A DNA stretch of 63,280 bases, filler included, from Choristocarpus tenellus KU-1152 (Eukaryota > Protista > Phaeophyceae), in the NCBI GenBank assembly GCA_964200185.2. It is 10 parts of 10 records of this genome, joined end to end, with 100 filler letters (N's around TTAATTAATTAA, not from the genome) between each part and the next. Parts side by side here need not be neighbours in the genome. Positions count along the whole stretch, not along the records: positions 59,874 to 63,280 come from CAXNAD020020248.1; 9 more parts are not named here. One strand, given 5' to 3'. A model generated the notes under the pieces. That model did no database searches. It was not told the origin of the DNA and saw only the letters and a program-made list of their open reading frames with translations. A program made the translations under genes and the position numbers. This document shows positions 60,422-63,280 of this stretch, piece by piece (position 1 is the stretch's first letter; every line of letters begins with the position of its first letter).

Positions 60422-62638
60422 TCACCTTCTTTCCCTGTAGCGGGTAGTCTTGAGGGTTTCAGTCTCCACAACATCATGAAAGACTTTGTCAGCGAGGCAG
60501 CAGTTAAAATCATGCTTGCTGAGGTATGCACATGTCACCTGGGTGAGTGAGGGGGTATATCTTGAAAGTAGGTTTCGCAACTGACTGTGGATCTTAGAAA
60601 ACACACACATGTGGTGAACCCACTCTGATGTGCACTACGCTTTGATGGTAGCAATTTGTGAGCAGAGATGAACAACATCGCATCTGAGCAAAATGCATAG
60701 TACCATAAAACCTGAACAAGAAAGTTAGGTTTGGATCCAATGGCAATTGGAGTTTTCGGGAAAAAAAATTGACATAATGTGCCCAAGCAAGGCACCACCA
60801 CCACAACAATATGCTTGTTTCAAAAATAATTGTAGTATGATATAATACGTAGTGCTCAATTGTATACATCATTCCCCAGCTAGAAGCCAAGCACAAGGAC
60901 AAGTCTGGAAGCTGAGAAGCCCGGATTGCCCAGGGGAGGGTCCGACCTCACCGCTGTAGTAGCCCTGACACTGGCATTTCGTGGTTCATCGTAGATCAGT
61001 GCCATCTCACCGAAGAAGTGTCCCTCATACAGGTTTGTTAGAAAGCGTTCACCCGCTGGAACTTTATCCAGTCCCCCTTGTTCGTCCTCCTCCTCTTCCT
61101 CTTCCTTCCCATCGAGCACGCCATGATCACCTCTTCCACACATTTTTTCTCCTTCTCCTCTGTTTGTGTATCCCTTCACATCATCACCTGCATCGCCGGC
61201 CTCCTGGACCCCCTCCAAAACACTCTTCACCTTGCCATCATCATCAACCCGTGCACTGCCGTACACTTCCTCAGGACATGTACCTACAAACCCGTTCCTC
61301 TTGTTGGAGATGTCCCTGACTTCACCTTGGGGCTTGTGATCTTTTCTGTTGTTGACGGAGAAGAAACCTCCCGATACGGTATCTGTGACCATTGCAGCTC
61401 CTGCAGTAATCATGTAGAACTTATCCCCTATCTCCTACGATATGTGCAGTATGTGTGAGAGAGTTTAGGGATAGGGCATGGCGAGTATCACGGACACCGA
61501 GAGCTAGATAGATGCCCTAGGAAAGCAGAGTGCATTTACGACTTGCCAGTGCTGATACAATGGCCACGAAAAAATTACTTGCAGGATCTACCCTGCCGCT
61601 GAAAACAAGCCGTATTTTGGCACACGCTTACTTGTGACTTGAATGAAAGGGTTGGCCAAGTTTCTAAACCATCTGCCGTTTCCTCTTCCAGAGTATTGTA
61701 TCGTATGTACCACAAAAATGAAAACCTTAGACATATCCCACAAGAACCATTCACAAATCTCATTATCCTCGCTCTCGAATATTCACCTATTCCATTTCAG
61801 AATCCACGAAAAAAATAATAATATTGCCTGGTGCTTCTTGCCAAGTCGTTGATTCTCCCCTGTTCCTCACTGTATCCTACGGCACCTAATTCCTGTACGC
61901 TACCACAAAACATATACCCCTCCATTGCTTTCATAATCCTGGGTTTCCTACTCTGGTGTACTTTATTGTTTTTGCCACAAAAGGACAGATCTGAGACTTG
62001 TCCCAAAAAGGGCCACTAACTAATCCGACAATCCTCGCTTTATTAATGTTCACCTATATTGTACATCAGAAGCCTCTGTAAAAAAATTAAATGATATAAG
62101 AGCCCCTCTTGACTCCAGGCAAACAGCTGTATATTCGTTAACGTCAAAGTGAGTCGAAGTAACTGTAGTGTTTTGGCTGTTTTGAGATCACAGGCTATTT
62201 ATCAACTTGTTTTAAAGAAGACAACCACCAACGAAAAAAGGGTGTGCATAAGGATAACTTGCTTCTGCAAACCAAGAGTAATAGCTAACGACAGAGTGCT
62301 CCAAACACCTGAGCCACCAGAAAGTCAGAGGGGCCCTGAAAATCTTGGTAGAACTCGCCCCTCTCAATTATTTGGCTCATTAAAGTACAAAGGATTCTTT
62401 GTTGCCGCAAAGAATCACTCTATTCTCTATTTTGAGTACACCATTCCCATTTGTGAGGAGGAAACTATAATATGCGGCCTCTGCAATCAGTACAGAGAGT
62501 CTCCTTCCTACGACAGTGAGCATAACCAACACTTACCCCTTCCGACACGATGAGCTCGCCAGGTGAAAAGTCTGCGAAATGGAGAGCCTTCAGCAGTGGC
62601 GTGTGTGCTGTCTGAGGCAGCTTCGACAGCAGGGGTAC
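60422..62638 (-). CDS. Cyclic-nucleotide-binding (cNMP) domain protein, PKA-R/PKG-like domain, partial
   Basis: Exons 62638-62537, 61434-60952 and 60538-~60422 give [52 protein letters not shown]...[43 protein letters not shown]. The phosphate-binding cassette FGE.AL....PR.A is canonical. Confidence 0.9.
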
Positions 62639-63280
62639 CTTCATATCGAGATGGGTGTCTGGGGGTTTCGGCTGGGTTTTTTTGAGGGGGTATTAACCTG
62701 CACTTTACTTGGACAAGGGGCCCCACCATGCAGACAGGATGCAGTGACTTCAATCTAACACCAACAATATTTCTGACCTACTTCCTGCTTCACCGTAAAG
62801 ACCTCTTATATCGCACATGTGTTGAGAGAGAGAGCACTAGAGCAAGTTTCCTAACAATGTAAAAGAGCGGACGGGGATACTGATACAGAAACGTAAAATG
62901 ATGGTTTCTGGAGTTGGAGGAATAGCTCTGTTGCTGAGCCATGTAATGGTTGAGAAGGACAAGACAAATTCTCTAGTATGGACAACTTTCCATCCCCCCA
63001 TGTATGCATAGGTTCATGGACTGTAGTGTGGTCCCTGAACCTGGCAAACTTCCCTTTTCAAAGAGGATTCGCACTGGCTCAACCAAGATGGCATTTGAAG
63101 TAAGGCATTGGGATGAAGAAATCTTGCCTCTCTCCGTGCCTTTGATAACCCCCTTCGCTGCACACAGCCACCAACACTGCATCATACAATTGTAAACACA
63201 CAGAGAAACCTCCCAATGACCCCCCCCAATAGAAAACATTATGCTTTCATCTCCAATCGACTTCTCACAAGAAACCCTCC

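Overview
Eukaryotic, intron-rich genomic DNA, most consistent with an ochrophyte or brown alga. This is inferred from GT-AG introns, scattered TTAGGG tracts and the gene and transposon content. The window is not one locus: ten contigs are joined by nine identical artificial 100-bp linkers (N44-TTAATTAATTAA-N44), so adjacency across linkers has no biological meaning. By manual splicing I recover three complete genes (gamma-SNAP-like, tocopherol-cyclase-like, VTI1-like SNARE) and one near-complete membrane-anchored SAM-methyltransferase-like gene. Partial genes are an RGS-domain protein, a Q/G-rich NPF/DPF protein, an RBM26/27-like RRM protein, formate-tetrahydrofolate ligase, an EF-hand protein, a PHYHD1-like dioxygenase and a cNMP-binding protein. 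Mobile DNA includes a spliced Sola2-like transposase, two decayed plant/oomycete-type mariner transposases (one split by a solo LTR), a decayed hAT, and nine copies of two MITE families. The MITEs share an AAAGTATCT terminal core and have 4-bp TSDs where intact. The most notable signal is the possible link between the Sola-like transposase and the two MITE families. All homology calls come from motif recognition, not database searches.
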